Positions 1-12,782 of a DNA stretch of 64,000 nt are shown in pieces. How positions within the stretch are numbered: position 1 is the first letter of the stretch; each line of letters begins with the position of its first letter. A model generated the notes under the pieces. The model was not told the DNA's origin. It did not search any database and saw only the letters and a list, made by a program, of their open reading frames with translations. A program made the position numbers and the translations under genes. Source of the stretch: Psammoneis japonica (Eukaryota); the NCBI GenBank assembly GCA_008632985.1, contig QPGO01000036.1:62001-126000 (forward strand), in the 5' to 3' direction.

Positions 1-1025
1 ATGATGTGATTCTTCGCGAAAGTTACCGTGCGGTGACACTCACGGACTGAATCCAGTCCATGCGTCTACTCGAGCTACTACTCTATGGCATCCTAGTGGG
101 GGTCTAGCTGGTGCCGCTGGTGCCCACACCAAAGAGACAAACCCACAACAAAAGGCAAAAACAATGGTCCTCAACAAAGTTCCTAAGAATGGCCACAGTT
201 AAATGTGGGCAATCTGTGAGTCACACCACCCAAAATGAGAAGCAAGACCCCCCCTCTGGGTGCCCTCCTCCTGCCTGCCTTGTCCCCCTGCCCCCTCCTG
301 ACAACACCATCACCGCAGCTGATCCAACACAACTGAGAATGTTCATTGGTCAAATCAGCTGGAGTTGCAGCATCAAAGATGGGAAGTGGAACATGCCACA
401 TTGCCAAAAACCAAAACACTTGATGAGGATGGCCAGCCAGAGTTTTGGACTTTCTCCGCCAATGCCAAGGGCAGCAACACAACCCCAGTGTCGGGTTTGA
501 TTTGAAGCAAAACAACACAAAGTGTCAACTGCCACCCTTGGAAGAAAAAATTTCAAAAACCATGGTTTGCATCCAAAGAATGTGACGAAAAGAAGGAAAG
601 GAGCCTTGCTGAGTGAATGAGCAGGGACAATGACAACTTCCACACTCTCTGTTGAACAAACCATTGGGGAAGCTTTTGTCAGACAAGGGACAAAATGCAC
701 TCAAAAGAAGGATTTTGCTGAGCTTGTAGAATGTCTCAGCAAAGCACCTGAATGCACGAGCTTGGAGACTTCCATTGATGCCAACATTTGTGGCCCACAA
801 GCTGCGCCATCATTGCACATTGTGAAGGAATGGGGAGGAGGACAGGGCAGCACCTTTGAGGATCTGCTGCATGGTTTTTTGGACTGAGAACTTGGGCATT
901 TGTCTGAAAACTGGTCCTTGATCTCTCAGCTCCTTGGCCCATCATTTTCCTCAAGCTCAAGCTGCCAGGAAAACACTGCAAGGCCAACAAAGGACCACGA
1001 TGAGAGTTTCCACTTGAGGGCCAAC

Positions 1026-1459
1026 TGCAGCATGCATGCAGACAAAAGGTTATTTTTGTCACGCCCTTTGTGACATTTAAACTGTAACACGTCGCCGTGA
1101 TACATTAACTCTTATTAGTAGCTGTATATTGCACTCCTCCCCATGTATCACGCGCAGAACTAATGTGCACTGACACTGCACGTTTTTGGCGGAACAGTGT
1201 GGGTACGTACAAAGGAACATACAGAACTGCACAGAGTTTTACGCGTTCGACAGTGATCAACGTTGCTGCAGACAACTCCCACTCAGGGTTTCGAACCCCT
1301 GGCCTCCTGCCTAATGGTCACGCATTGAACCACTCCGCTATGAATTCATAATGCAGCATGCATGCAGACAAAAGGTTATTTTTGTCACGCCCTTTGTGAC
1401 ATATAAACTGTGACACGTCGCCGTGACACATTGACTCTTGTCAGCAGCTGTGTGTTGCA
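1026..1459 (-). mobile_element. TRIM-like miniature LTR retroelement (108-bp LTRs at 1026-1133 and 1352-1459, 4-bp TSD CAAC)
   Basis: Two 108-bp direct repeats, each TG...CA. CAAC flanks both ends (1022-1025, 1460-1463). Purine tract GGGGAGGAG on the minus strand next to the left LTR. Element absent from copy B, which has a single CAAC. Confidence 0.9.
1277..1348 (-). other. tRNA-derived segment with Pol III A-box and B-box inside the TRIM
   Basis: Minus strand reads TAGCGGAGTGG (A-box, 1340-1330) and GGTTCGAAACC (B-box, 1297-1287) at tRNA-like spacing. A full cloverleaf is not convincing. Confidence 0.7.
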
Positions 1460-2816
1460 CAACCTCTTCATCAGCAGCAACACAGCATCACAGCAACATT
1501 TGGTTTTTTGATGCACATGGGTGCACTCACATGGCACCAACCAGTGAAACAAATGAGCTGTGTTGTGATCTTCCAGCTGTGCAGATTGCTGATTTTAAGG
1601 TTCAGCTCTCCATCTCCAGTTCTCTGAATGGGACAAAGAAGCTGCAGTCTCCTCCAGAAATGCCTCACCTTGATCTGCCTCTTCCAAGCCAGAGCACTCT
1701 ACTTGCTGATGACTTGTTGCATTTTTCAGGTCCATCCTTGGGGTTGCTTTTGTGCGGTGCATCGTGCGGCATGTCACACAAAGCTGCTTCAACCACGACC
1801 AGATTTGAGAAGTTTGTTTTGGTCAATCAGCTCGGAGCCACTCCTTCATCCCAGCAGAGGCCACAGGGCCTCATTTTTCTTCCAATCAAATCATCAACCA
1901 GCAAAAAGCAGCCACAAGTGGCTGACAATGATCTGACCTCAGCAGATGCACTGCACCCGGTGCTTCTGGCATGTCAGAAAATGACAGAACTCCCCTCTTC
2001 TTTGCACCAGATCCTTTGTTGTTGTTTCCTGCTTGCCCTTGTTCTCTGCAATGTTCAGAAGAACAGAGTCCTGACACTGTGGACTGCAACAAACACGGTG
2101 GCTGCATCTTGTTCCATTGCACCCTCCATGATGAAGAAGAACATTGATGTTGTTTGACATGCATTTGGCATGCAGGAAGCATCCACAGGCGGTGTCTTGA
2201 TCATGCACAATGATGGCAATGACAATGAAACATCCCAAGTGCCACAAAAACTGTCCAGTGCTGTGGGCACCTTCTTTTTTGACCCAGGCTGCACCTTGCA
2301 TGCAGCCACGGGCTTTGGCTGTGGCAGGGGCCCAGCATGTGTGCTTGACCAATTTGCCAACCTTGGTGGAATGTGGCATTCAATCCAATTTGCTGTGCAA
2401 TGGGGCTGCATTTGACAGTGATGATGGTGACAACAATGCAAAAGTTGCAACAACCATGTTGGGTTGGACACGCCCGGTGCCAACCCATTCAATGAAACAA
2501 ACATGGGACTCAATTGTTGCCTCCAATTGCCTCTTGTTGCAGCGCTTGTGTCAAAACACAATCTGCACTGTGGATGCATTGCCATCACCTGCAACACAAT
2601 TTCTCTTCACCTCTCAATGCCATGTCTTAAATGAACAACAAACAACTTTGGAACAAGTTTTGTGGGGGTGACTCATGTCAAACACAAATGGCATTGCAAG
2701 TGCCAGGCACACCATGTTGCTTGAATGAGATGGTGCTGACAAGTTGAACAGCTGCAGTGAATTGTTCTTGTGGCATGTGAAGTGGCAGTTGGGGCACCCA
2801 ACTTGAGAGAGCATGT

Positions 2817-2851
<35 letters not shown>

Positions 2852-2884
2852 AGGGAGGGAGAGAGGGAGGGAGGGAGGGAGAGA
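2817..2884 (+). repeat. (GA)n / G-run / (GGGA)n microsatellite (copy B at ~34672-34732)
   Basis: Read directly from the sequence; length differs between the two duplicated copies. Confidence 0.95.
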
Positions 2885-3268
2885 CACACGCTCATTTTGC
2901 AAATTTGCTTTCTTCTTTTTGTGCAAAGAAATGCAACAATGGGCACAGGATGGGGCTTCTTGTTGTAGAAATTTCTTCTGGCATGAATGCACAAGCAACA
3001 AGCATGATCCATTCACTGTCTGGTGACTTTGTTGCAGCAGACAGCAACAAAAGGGGATGTCCATCCATGCAAGTGGCAGAACGTGCGCATCCAAAAGTGT
3101 GGCTTGACTGCTTGGGTGCACTTGCAGACACTGCCAAATGGCCAAAAATGAACAACATTAATCACACTGAAGAGCAGACAGATTTGCAATCAAAAACAGT
3201 GCATGCAAATGCATCAACACAGGAAAGACAAGCATGTGGCACATGGTTTTTAGTTGAAGTCAGTCCAT

Positions 3269-4640
3269 CTAAATGCAATGACACATGGCCCACCCAAGTT
3301 TCCTCCTTTGAAGACACAGCCATTCACAGACTGCACAAAAAGGCCCTGGTGGTGTTGCACCCATGCTGGGTTTGTTTTCACAACTGGCATCACAAAAGGA
3401 TGGGCATGTGCCAATGACTGCATCTGTTGGAAGTTTCAAACCCCAAGCATGCAGATTGTGATTGAATGCTTTGGCACACTCAAAGATGTCGCCAATGTCC
3501 TTCACAGAAGAAACATCCCAGACAGCAATGTTTGCATTGAACTTTTCTGCTTTTCTGAAAGTCCAAGCCATTTCAGTGACACCGCTGACATCCCACTTTG
3601 AAATGTCCATCCCACTTTGAAGTGTCAGTGGTGAAAAAGATGGCCTTGCAGATTGTCCAACTCATTGCAGTCACAGAGGAGAAACATTCCAACCAAAAGC
3701 AAATGTCTCCCTGGACAAAGTGTGGCACTCCACTGAAAAATTGTTCATCTCTGTGACACTTGACACACCCCAGTTGGAGATGGAGCTCCAATTGCCTCTG
3801 TGGTGCTTTGCAGCCTCTTCAGAAATGTCGCTCAAAAATTCTCAACTGAAGAGGTGTCCCAAGTGGAAAGATCACCACCCCAAAGCTGTCTGGCATGGCA
3901 AAATGTGTTTCTCATGACAGTGGTCACACTGGACACAACTGATCTCCATGTCCCTTGAGACCTTGATTGACTTCAGATGATTCAAACATGGAAGACATGT
4001 CTGTAACAGATGCAACATTCCTCTGTTCTCCAATGGGTTGATTGAAAATGGGAAACCACAGAACATGCCAGACATGTCAGTGACTTGAGCATCTTTCCAA
4101 GAAGACAATTCCTCACTGAACTTGGTCCCCCAAAACAAGTTGCTGCTGTCATCAACTGATGAAATGTCCCAATCCTTGAGTGAGAGATTGAATTGGGCTG
4201 CTCTCTTGAACATGGCATGCATTGTGTGCTGGCTTTGGATGCATCCCATTCATCAGTCAATTGACCAAAGAATGCTGCTCCATGGAAAATGCCACTCTCA
4301 TGTCTGTGACTGCACTGGCATCCCAATCACTGATCAATTGATTAAAGCTGGAGGCTTCCCTGAACATTTCAGACATGTCTGTCACCAAACTGACATCCCA
4401 ACCACTGGGGCTTTGAATGAAGGGCTGGGCCTTGTAAAACATGTGTTGCATCAATGTGGCGGCACTCACATCCCACCCCTGCAAGGGTTGGTTAAAAAAA
4501 ATCTGATTTTCAAAGAGATCGTGAAATTTTGTCACCTTGGAGATGTGCCAACCCTTGCCAAGGCTGTGTTGGGCCAAGACAGTGGTGTTGTTGGCACTTT
4601 CAAAGGCACCCAAGACTTGGACAAGTTTTTTGCAAATTTC
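3269..4640 (-). pseudogene. BspA-like / DUF285 repeat surface protein, degraded (copy B ~35117-36490)
   Basis: Repeated WDVSxVTxMxxMF / FNQxLxxWDVS motifs (WDVSGVTEMAWTF, FNQPLQGWDVS, WDVSLVTDMSEMFREASSFNQ) scattered over several frames. Confidence 0.85.
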
Positions 4641-4999
4641 AAAACAAGGACAGCCTTGCAGTCCCACACACAAAGTCTTTGGGATTGATGGCAGTGTCAT
4701 GAAACCTCCATTGTTGCTGTTGCTGTTGTTGGGATCACTGTTTTTGGGGCCACCATTGCCATTGTCTCTGCCACCATTGGGGTCACCATTGCCATTGTTT
4801 TCACCCCTGCTGGAAGGATTCAGTTTCTTTGGTTTGCTGGATTGGACCAAGTCAAAAGTGGAATGGCAGTGTTCACAAGAATGGATGCTCAAGCTGCTCT
4901 TGGATTGTGGCAAAATTGCCAAAAGTCAAGATGAGTGCTCTCCAATCTGGGAAGCAGTGGTGCTGTCAATGGGGTCATGTTGCAGGTGAAAAAGTGTCT

Positions 5000-6819
5000 T
5001 GCTGAACCCACAGATTTTACCATGCTTGCCAAGACACTGGATGCAGCCATGCAGATTTGCAATGTTCTTGCTGTGGACTTTGAGAGCTGACTCAAGGAGC
5101 TGACTCAAGGAGTCACTCAATGGACCCGTGCCACTGAGTGTCATCTTGCTTTTGTCAGGCATCTCTTGGACATGTGTGCCATTCCTGTCATTTGGGATTT
5201 GCGCAATTCACTCACCTCCATTGTTGATCAAGACTTGACGCTGGAATCCAAAGAACACATCATCATTCAAGAGGGCTTTCATGAAGAATTAGATGCCAGC
5301 AGGGAGCAATGCAAAAACCTTGGCAGTGTGCAACTGTGCCATCACAATGTGTCGTGATTTGCACTGACATGGTGCTCACAACCACAGCCATTGCTCTCTT
5401 CTAACATGCAGATCTGCTCATGTTGACTGCGGGCCAAATTGGTGACAAGCACGCTGAAGCAACAAGCATTTGAAACCAGAACACAGTGCAGTTTTCATTC
5501 TGCAAGCAGGATTTCGCACGGAACTTGAAAGACACCACTTGCCACCCCCATGCCCTCACTGAAAGCTGAAGCAAACAACATTTTGTCCCCAGATGCCAAT
5601 GTGCACTTGGATCTGCCACCAGATTTTGATTTTGTCTTTTTCCATTGAACAAAGCTTTGCTTCAAGGATGACAAGGTTTGAACTCTTGATCAAGAGAATG
5701 GGGAGTTGGATGCCACCATCAAGGACTCCATCATTGTGGTCATCACAGAGCTTGAAGAAGACATTCTTGATTGTGAAACAGAAGTTCAAAGTGCCTTTGG
5801 AGCACTTGCTGAACTCAATTGCATTCTTTCCTTTGCATGCTGCACTGCTGACAATGACTGCACTGGGCCCCAGTTGCTCCCCATTGACCAAATGTGTGTT
5901 CAAATCAAGAATGACAGTCATCCGTTGCAAGAACTCATTGTAGATGGAGAATTCATTTGGAACAACACAAGCATGAATGGGGAACAGAGTCATGTCAATC
6001 TCATTGCTGGACCAAACTTTGGTGGCAAGAGTTGCCACACTTGTCAGGTTGGAATGCTTGTGCACATGGCTCACATTGGATGCTGCCTTCCCTGTGACTC
6101 TGCCAGCATTTCCATGGCAGATCAGATTTTTTGTGTGCATTGACACCGCTGAAACTTGCTTGGTGCCCCACAGCAGCTTTCGGGATGATCTGATGCACAG
6201 GTGGCTTCTGTTCTTGGAAGGAGCACCCCTTTGTTGCTTGTGCTCATTGACAAAGTTGGAAAAGGTGGGCACAGACTCTCTGGAGGCATGCTTCTGGCCA
6301 TTTGACACTCAGCCCATCTTGTTTTCCTTGTGTGCTTGCATCGCTGAAGGCACAAGCACAGTTTTGGCAGTGGCAATTGAGAATCTTTCTTGCATGAAAG
6401 GCAAAATCATTTGTGCAACCCATTTCCTGGAAGTCTTTGGCTTGGGATTGCTGCGGGACAGTGCAGACAGAGTTTGTGCCCACCAAATGATGGCACACAT
6501 TCCAGAGTCAAAGAGCAAGGACAAAGAAGAAGACTCTGGTGCAGCACCCTTGTTCAAACTGGAGCAAGGCATTGCTGGGTTGTCTGCAGGGCTTGTGTCT
6601 GCCAAGAAAGCCTCACTCAAACTGGAGCAAGGCATTGCTGAGTTGTCCACAGGGCTTGTGTGTGCCAAGAAAGCCAACACAAACAAGAAAGTCCCAGCTG
6701 GAGCAAAGGACATCCTTGCCACTGCCAAAGATGGGTGCACCACGCAACTGTTTGAAGAAAGCATGAATCTCCCAGAGCCAAAGCCAGAGGTGAAGGATGT
6801 CTTGTGCATGTTTCTGTGA
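5000..6819 (+). pseudogene. MSH5: MutS-family ATPase, most like MSH5, degraded (copy B ~36850-38668)
   Basis: AELNCILSFA, HPLQELIV, Walker A GPNFGGKS, QVGMLVHMAHIGC.LPCDSASI...DQIF, ATHFLE and PLFKLEQG match MutS domains III-V. Frameshifts and stops present. The 5' boundary is approximate. Confidence 0.75.
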
Positions 6820-9499
6820 GTCAACTCATGGGCAAATGCCACAGACAAGCAACTTCACTTGCTGGAATGCATGCTTGCTGCCATTTCCATCCCACAGCAG
6901 GGGCATCACAGTTGGGGGCAGCTTGCGCAGACAACAAGGAGACAGGACCAAGACGTGAACAAGCAAGGTGGGTCAATCAAGGGATTTCCATTTTTTTTTT
7001 TGTGCTTCTTGTGTGGGAAAAGGCAGCACTGGCAGATGAGAATGCTGCAGCCCAGTTTCATAATTGAAGAGGCCTCCCCATCACAACAAGGTGGAGCAAG
7101 GGTGTGCTGAACCTTTTGCACACAGCTTCAATCACAAAAAATGGTGCAGGAGCTCTTGTGATGGTGTGGCATCTCTTGTTCTCTGGCATCAAAGTCAGTG
7201 AATGCAATCAGCAGGCTTCTTGCATGTCAGATGTGAGCAGCAGGTCTTGCATGGTGCTGCCCAGTCAGAGTGCAACATCCACGCACAGCACAAAGTGGGT
7301 CACCTCTCTGTTGAGATTGTGCAATGGTGCAGAGGCTAGAAGATGCGGTGTTGACAACAAGATGCTCAATGCGGTGGTGCCAAATTTGTGGGCAGATTGT
7401 CAACCACACTTGCTGCTGCACTGCAGTTGGCACTCTCATCTTTTTGGTTCCAGCAAAAAACACAAACAAAGCAAGATGTGTGTGAAAAGATTCCAGCATG
7501 GCTGCCGTAAACTGAAAAGCCCTTCACACGCAAGGTGACAATCTGACTTTACATTTTGGGGAGACTGCAGAACAATGTTCTACATCAATGTTTGCAGCAG
7601 AGCACTCTGCCGTCACCAAGAAGATGCCAAATCTGGCATCAACAATTGTGTGTCCCAGGCCAAACATGAGCAACAATGAAGAGAAAGAATGTTCTAAGAG
7701 AGGGGAGCTGTGGCAGCTCCTCTCGTGCTTTCACCATTTGCACGTCAGCTGGGCAATTTGTTGCATTGGTGTGGACAGAGAGAAAGTGGCATCTGCGTCA
7801 TGGAAGGGGCAAGCAAAATGCATGACAGGTGCACTGCCAATCTTTTGGGATGGGCTGTGCTCCTCCAAAACCAATTTGTTCAATTGAGTGACATCTGCCA
7901 TCAGTGTTTGAGTGGGGGCCTGGGTCTGTTTGAGTGGGCTTGGCTCCTTGTTGCAGCCACAAGGTCAAAAGTGTCAGGGGCATGATGTCCAGCTGCAAGG
8001 TTCCAAATGCTGGTTTTGCCACGACAATGATGATTTCTTTCTTCAAGAGCAAAAATGCAGCCCTGCAGTGACTGAAGTGTCTCTTGCATGGTCAACAAGC
8101 ATGTGCTCAGCAGGCCAAAGCCAAGACCAAAGCCAGCCACAACTCACAGCAACAAAGCCAGGCTCAACAGCTTGGGTGTGACAGACAGCCTCACACTTGG
8201 CAGCCACAGAAATGCTTCCATGCCAGGCTGAGTGACAAGAGGGACACACTGCATCTGCAAAGGACATGGTTGAGCCCCCGTGCTGCATGAGAATCCAGAA
8301 CACCTTGCAATGGTTGACAAAAGAAAGAGCTGAGAACAGAAAAAAGCCCAGCGCCAACAACAGACCCCAGACAAAGCTGGTCATCATTGAAAACCACATG
8401 ACAAACCTCACAGTCCCCAAGTGGAAAGAAAGCTTAGAGGATGTTTTGTCTTGTTGACCCTGTGCATTTTCGTCATCTCACGGTGACGCCCCTTCCAGCT
8501 GATCCCAAGAAGCTTCTGCCGCACTTGACGGTGCACTGGAAGTGTGGGCCAGCCGGCACCGGCTTGGCTGGCAAAGGAGTGACAGCACCACAAACACAGA
8601 TTTGGTTTTTTTTTGACCCTGTGCATTTGGTGCACCTCTCAGTTCCTCTGATGGGCAAAAGTGGTGGCAATTGGCACAGCTTGCCACAGCAGGGCAGGGC
8701 AGTTTGGCAACCTCTTTCTGCAAACAGACATCGGCTCAGCTTCTGACCACAAAAAAGCAACAAAAGCATGATGCATCAACAGCCATGGCTTGAACCAGCA
8801 ATGCTTGGGACAGTTGGCCTGTGCAGTCACTGCACAGAAGGAGGCCTCATGCAGGCCAAGCTGGGAGGTGGGCACTGGGCACATTTGCAAAGAGTTTGTT
8901 CCTGTTGTTGACAGCTGAGAGCCATTTCTGAGTCATTGCAGTTTGCTGTTAAACACCTGGTTGCATTGGCTGTGTGCTCACTTTGCACACATGTGTGAAA
9001 GCTCTTGTCCACATGTGAAGAGCTTCTGCTCCAAGCTCATCTTGGTGCTCAGCAAGCATTGCACAGCGCAGAACATTGTGCACACTGCTCACCAGCAACT
9101 TCAGGGGTCAATCAAAGTGCAACCCACCCAATGAGTGCACCTCACTTTCTTGCAGCTGATGCACAGTCATGCCAACATGTCCGCTCAGAAGAATGAGCAC
9201 AAATGATCATGCAGGCTTGAATGGCATGTGCCTTGAGAATGTCACGCATCTCCTCCTGCTGTGGGAGCCCTGCAGCAATGCCTGGTTTTGCTGGTGTCTG
9301 TCAGTTGTCATCAGCACATGCTGCATGGTCCTCCCCCATGACAAGAGCCACAGACCACCAGATGTCCTGCTGGCAATGGGGGGCACAATCTGCCACAGAT
9401 TGGGCACATTTGTCACCCCACCACACCATCTTGCATTCATGGCATGCTGTTGTCATTCACAAGGACAACTCTGACAGAGCCTGCATGACTGCTGTGTCA

Positions 9500-10449
9500 G
9501 CCCTGTGCTTGGGTTTTTGTTTCCATTTGACAAGCATGATGAGTTGCCTCATGGTGGGTGGAACATGTCCTCTGGCAAGCAGCACAACTGGTGCTGTGCA
9601 CGGAGACAGAATGTCCATGCACAGTTGGTGCAGGCAGCTCCATCACTCATCATGCCAAAGAAGGGTTTGACAGCACAAGTTGTTGACAATTTCTGTGGGG
9701 GCTTGAAAAGAGGAGGGCAGAGTGGCTGCCAGCCATGTCCAATTCACCATGTCCAGGATGTGGTGCTCAAGCTCAAAGGTTTCATGTGGACAATGCTGCC
9801 AGATCTCCACTTGGGGTGCCACCACATTGGACTTGACGGTGACAGCCAAAAGTTTTGTGCTGTGCTTGTGTGTCTGATGCAGGTCCCAACAATGGGGGCT
9901 CATCCAATTCACCCGACATCTTTCAAGAAAATGTGCCAGGGCTGTTTGAAGACTTGTTGTTTGCATGTGCATGCCCAGATGATCTTCTGGCAGCCACTGA
10001 AAGTGCTTCTGAAGACCACCACTCAGAGAAGCTGGCAGCCATGCTGCAGCTTGCAAGCAATGCTGGACTCAAGGTCAATGGAGGAAAAAGTGCACTTTTG
10101 AAAAATGCAGCTGGGGTGCCAGAGCCACACAGTCAATCAGGATGGGACACACTTCATGGGCACAATGAGCTGCAGTTGTGACAATGACCAAGACACTCTG
10201 AAATGTTGGACCACCCACCAGACAACTCAGCACAGGCAGGACTTCAAAATGGAGGCAGATGTGTGTCAAGGACAAAGCACTTGAAGCCAAAAAAGTGTGT
10301 TGTCAGACAACTTCTCATTGGCAACTTCAGGTTTCAACAAAGCTGATGCCTCCAAATGTCAACTCAGAGCAGCAACATCACAGGACAACAAACCTGTCAT
10401 TGCACCTTGTTGCAGCAGAAAGCTTGACAGTTGTTTGCAGTTGAACTGC

Positions 10450-10494
<45 letters not shown>

Positions 10495-11100
10495 GAGAAA
10501 GAACTGCTTGCCACTGTGGAGATGTTGAAAGAATTTCAAACAACATCCTTTGGTCAGCACACAACTGCACCTGTTGATCACAAAATTCTTGCATGGAAAG
10601 TGCTCAACAACTCCAAATGTTGTGCACTTTTGCTTGATGTGCAAAAAGTGCAGCTCCAAAGAATTGCAGCACAGCATCATGTTGTGCCACAACCCCCTGG
10701 TTTGCAGATGCCCCCAACTGTCTGGCACTCAAAGTTTGAAGTTTGAGTGTGGTCTGCTGACAGTGCTGGAGATGCCATGTCTGCTGCATGAAGTTTTTGC
10801 ACTGGAGACTGCAATGCCACCAGCAAGCTCCAAGCAAACACACAAAGAACAACAGAAGGACTGGCGCCTGCTGCTGAATGTGTTGTGTGTTCCAGTGTGC
10901 ACTCCATCCATGTGTGCCAGAGACATGATTGAGAAAACACCTGAGTGTGAGCTGCATTGCAAGTGGCTGCACCATCATGAAAAGGCATGCACAGAAGCAT
11001 CTGCTGCCTGGCACTTCCACTGGCTGGCCCAGCATGAGGTCTGCACCCAACATGTGCCAAACATGTGCTGCACAAGAAGATGAAAGACTGGAGGACACAG
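9500..11100 (+). mobile_element. Ty3/Gypsy pol remnant (RT and RNase H), degraded (partial copy B ~39951-41200)
   Basis: AAPSLIMPKK; PCPIHHVQD (PYPIPKIQD); DLHLGCHHI (DLNMGYYHI); SNSPDIFQ; ACPDDLL (AYIDDLL); AGLKVN; DASKCQL...SRKL...CTTT..EKELLA (DASKYQL...YTTTEKELLA). Boundaries approximate. Confidence 0.85.
10450..10494 (+). repeat. (ACA)15 microsatellite inside the Gypsy RNase H YTTTE motif (longer and interrupted in copy B, ~40540-40603)
   Basis: Read directly from the sequence. Confidence 0.95.
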
Positions 11101-11601
11101 TGTGGAAGAAGCTGTCAGAAAAAAGCATCTGAGATGATCCTGTGGGAGACCTCACATGTGTGGATGAAAAGCAGGCCCTTGGAAGCTCAGGCTCAGTGGG
11201 TTGACTGTGTGTGCCAAAGACTGACTTTGGCTGGAGCCTGGGCCACATGATTGAGTGTTCCAACCAAAACTGACCCAGCAGCTTGGCAGCCATTTCCAGA
11301 TCTAGCTTGTTCTTTTCAACTGCATGCTCCACATCAAAATGTGCTGTGAACATCAAAATCTTTTCAATGTGGCTGTGTGATTCTCCATGTGGAATTGCAT
11401 GATGTGTCTCTTGCAAAAGTTGCCACATGGCAGCAGCATGTGGTTCTTTCTGACAACTTCTTTCAACTTTGCAGTTGCAGAAGCAGCACCAGAATCAACT
11501 GTGGGAAATGGGCATGACATGCGTTGTGCAGAAAGTGGCAAATTGTTGTGCACTTCTTGCCAAAATGGGCCTGTTGCATTCAAAGGATTTTGACAGCCAA
11601 T

Positions 11602-12063
11602 GAAGCACCGCCAGAGGAGGAGAGAAAGCCGCTGGCAGAAGTGGCGGTGGTGAGCACTGAAGAAACAACCACTCATGTCATTGTCGTGGATCAAGGAAAC
11701 TGCGGCATGACATGTGCTGCAGCACACGTCACAGTGTCCTTGCTCTTTTTGTGCACACAAAACAGCTCTCAAATGGCTTTTTTTACATCGGCAAATGGAT
11801 TTGTCACCGTGCTGCCAGCACCCTTCATGCTGGTTGACCTTGAGCCTTGTGAAGCACCTTCTGAGGAATCTTTGACTGCTGAAGAAGCGCCGCCAGTGGA
11901 GGAGAGAAAGCTGCCAGCAGAAATGGCAGTGGTGAGTGCTGTGGAAACAGCTCCTTGCATGATTGTCGTGGAGCAAGGATGCTGCGGCATGAGGTGTGCT
12001 CCAGCACATGTCACAGCACCCTTGCTCTTTTGGTGTGTGCAAGACAGCTCAATCAAATGGGCT
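11602..12063 (+). repeat. Diverged ~280-bp tandem duplication; related sequence at ~46190-46480
   Basis: gaagcaccgccagaggaggagagaaagccgctggcagaa (11602) versus gaagcgccgccagtggaggagagaaagctgccagcagaa (11884), with matching downstream blocks. Confidence 0.8.
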
Positions 12064-12782
12064 TCTTTCTGCTTTGTGCTCCTCAATGCAGCCGCCAACC
12101 ACAGTCATGACCGGCGTTGTGGTTTTCAAATTTAGCAGAGGGGGGAAACATGGGGCTGGTGCACCGACTGCAGCTACGAAAAAATGCGGGGAGACTTTGA
12201 AGGAGCTCCAAAAGCGCTGTGTCCTGGGTTGCACTTACACTGTTTTCACTCTTTTGAAACAAGAAAATGAAAAATTGAAAAAGAAGGAGTTGGAGTGGAA
12301 AGTTGCAACTGGTGCTGATGATTGTTGGACCGCATTGTGCTCAGCTGCAAAGGGTTTGGCAACGGAAGAGATGCTCAAGGCACTGCAAACAAAAGAGAGG
12401 AGAGCCAATCCCATGTCCAAGTTTGAGCTGGTGGAAGCACACATGGTGGGGGGAGATGATGTTGTGTGTGACAGTGACTGGTGTGGAGTGGGTGGGGAAA
12501 AATGGGGAAACAGTGTTTCAGTGCATGTCGCGCAGTCAAACAATGTCAACAGTTCCAGCACGTGCACCATGCTGTGTTCTGTTGATTGAATGTTGTTGCA
12601 GGATGTCTGTCAACTGTTGTGCCAGGTGTGCCAAACTGCATTTCATCTGTTGCCCATTGTGGCAAGTGTGACAAACTCCACTCTAATCTGTTGTGGTGCG
12701 TTAAAAATTGAAGTGCCTCTTGCCAGCTGCCACAACAAGCACTTGCCTCCACCGCCTCTTGCACTCTGAGAACAGGCGCCAG

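Noticed and set aside
1277..1348. Functional tRNA gene
   Set aside because: A and B boxes are present but acceptor and anticodon stems pair poorly, and it lies inside a mobile element.
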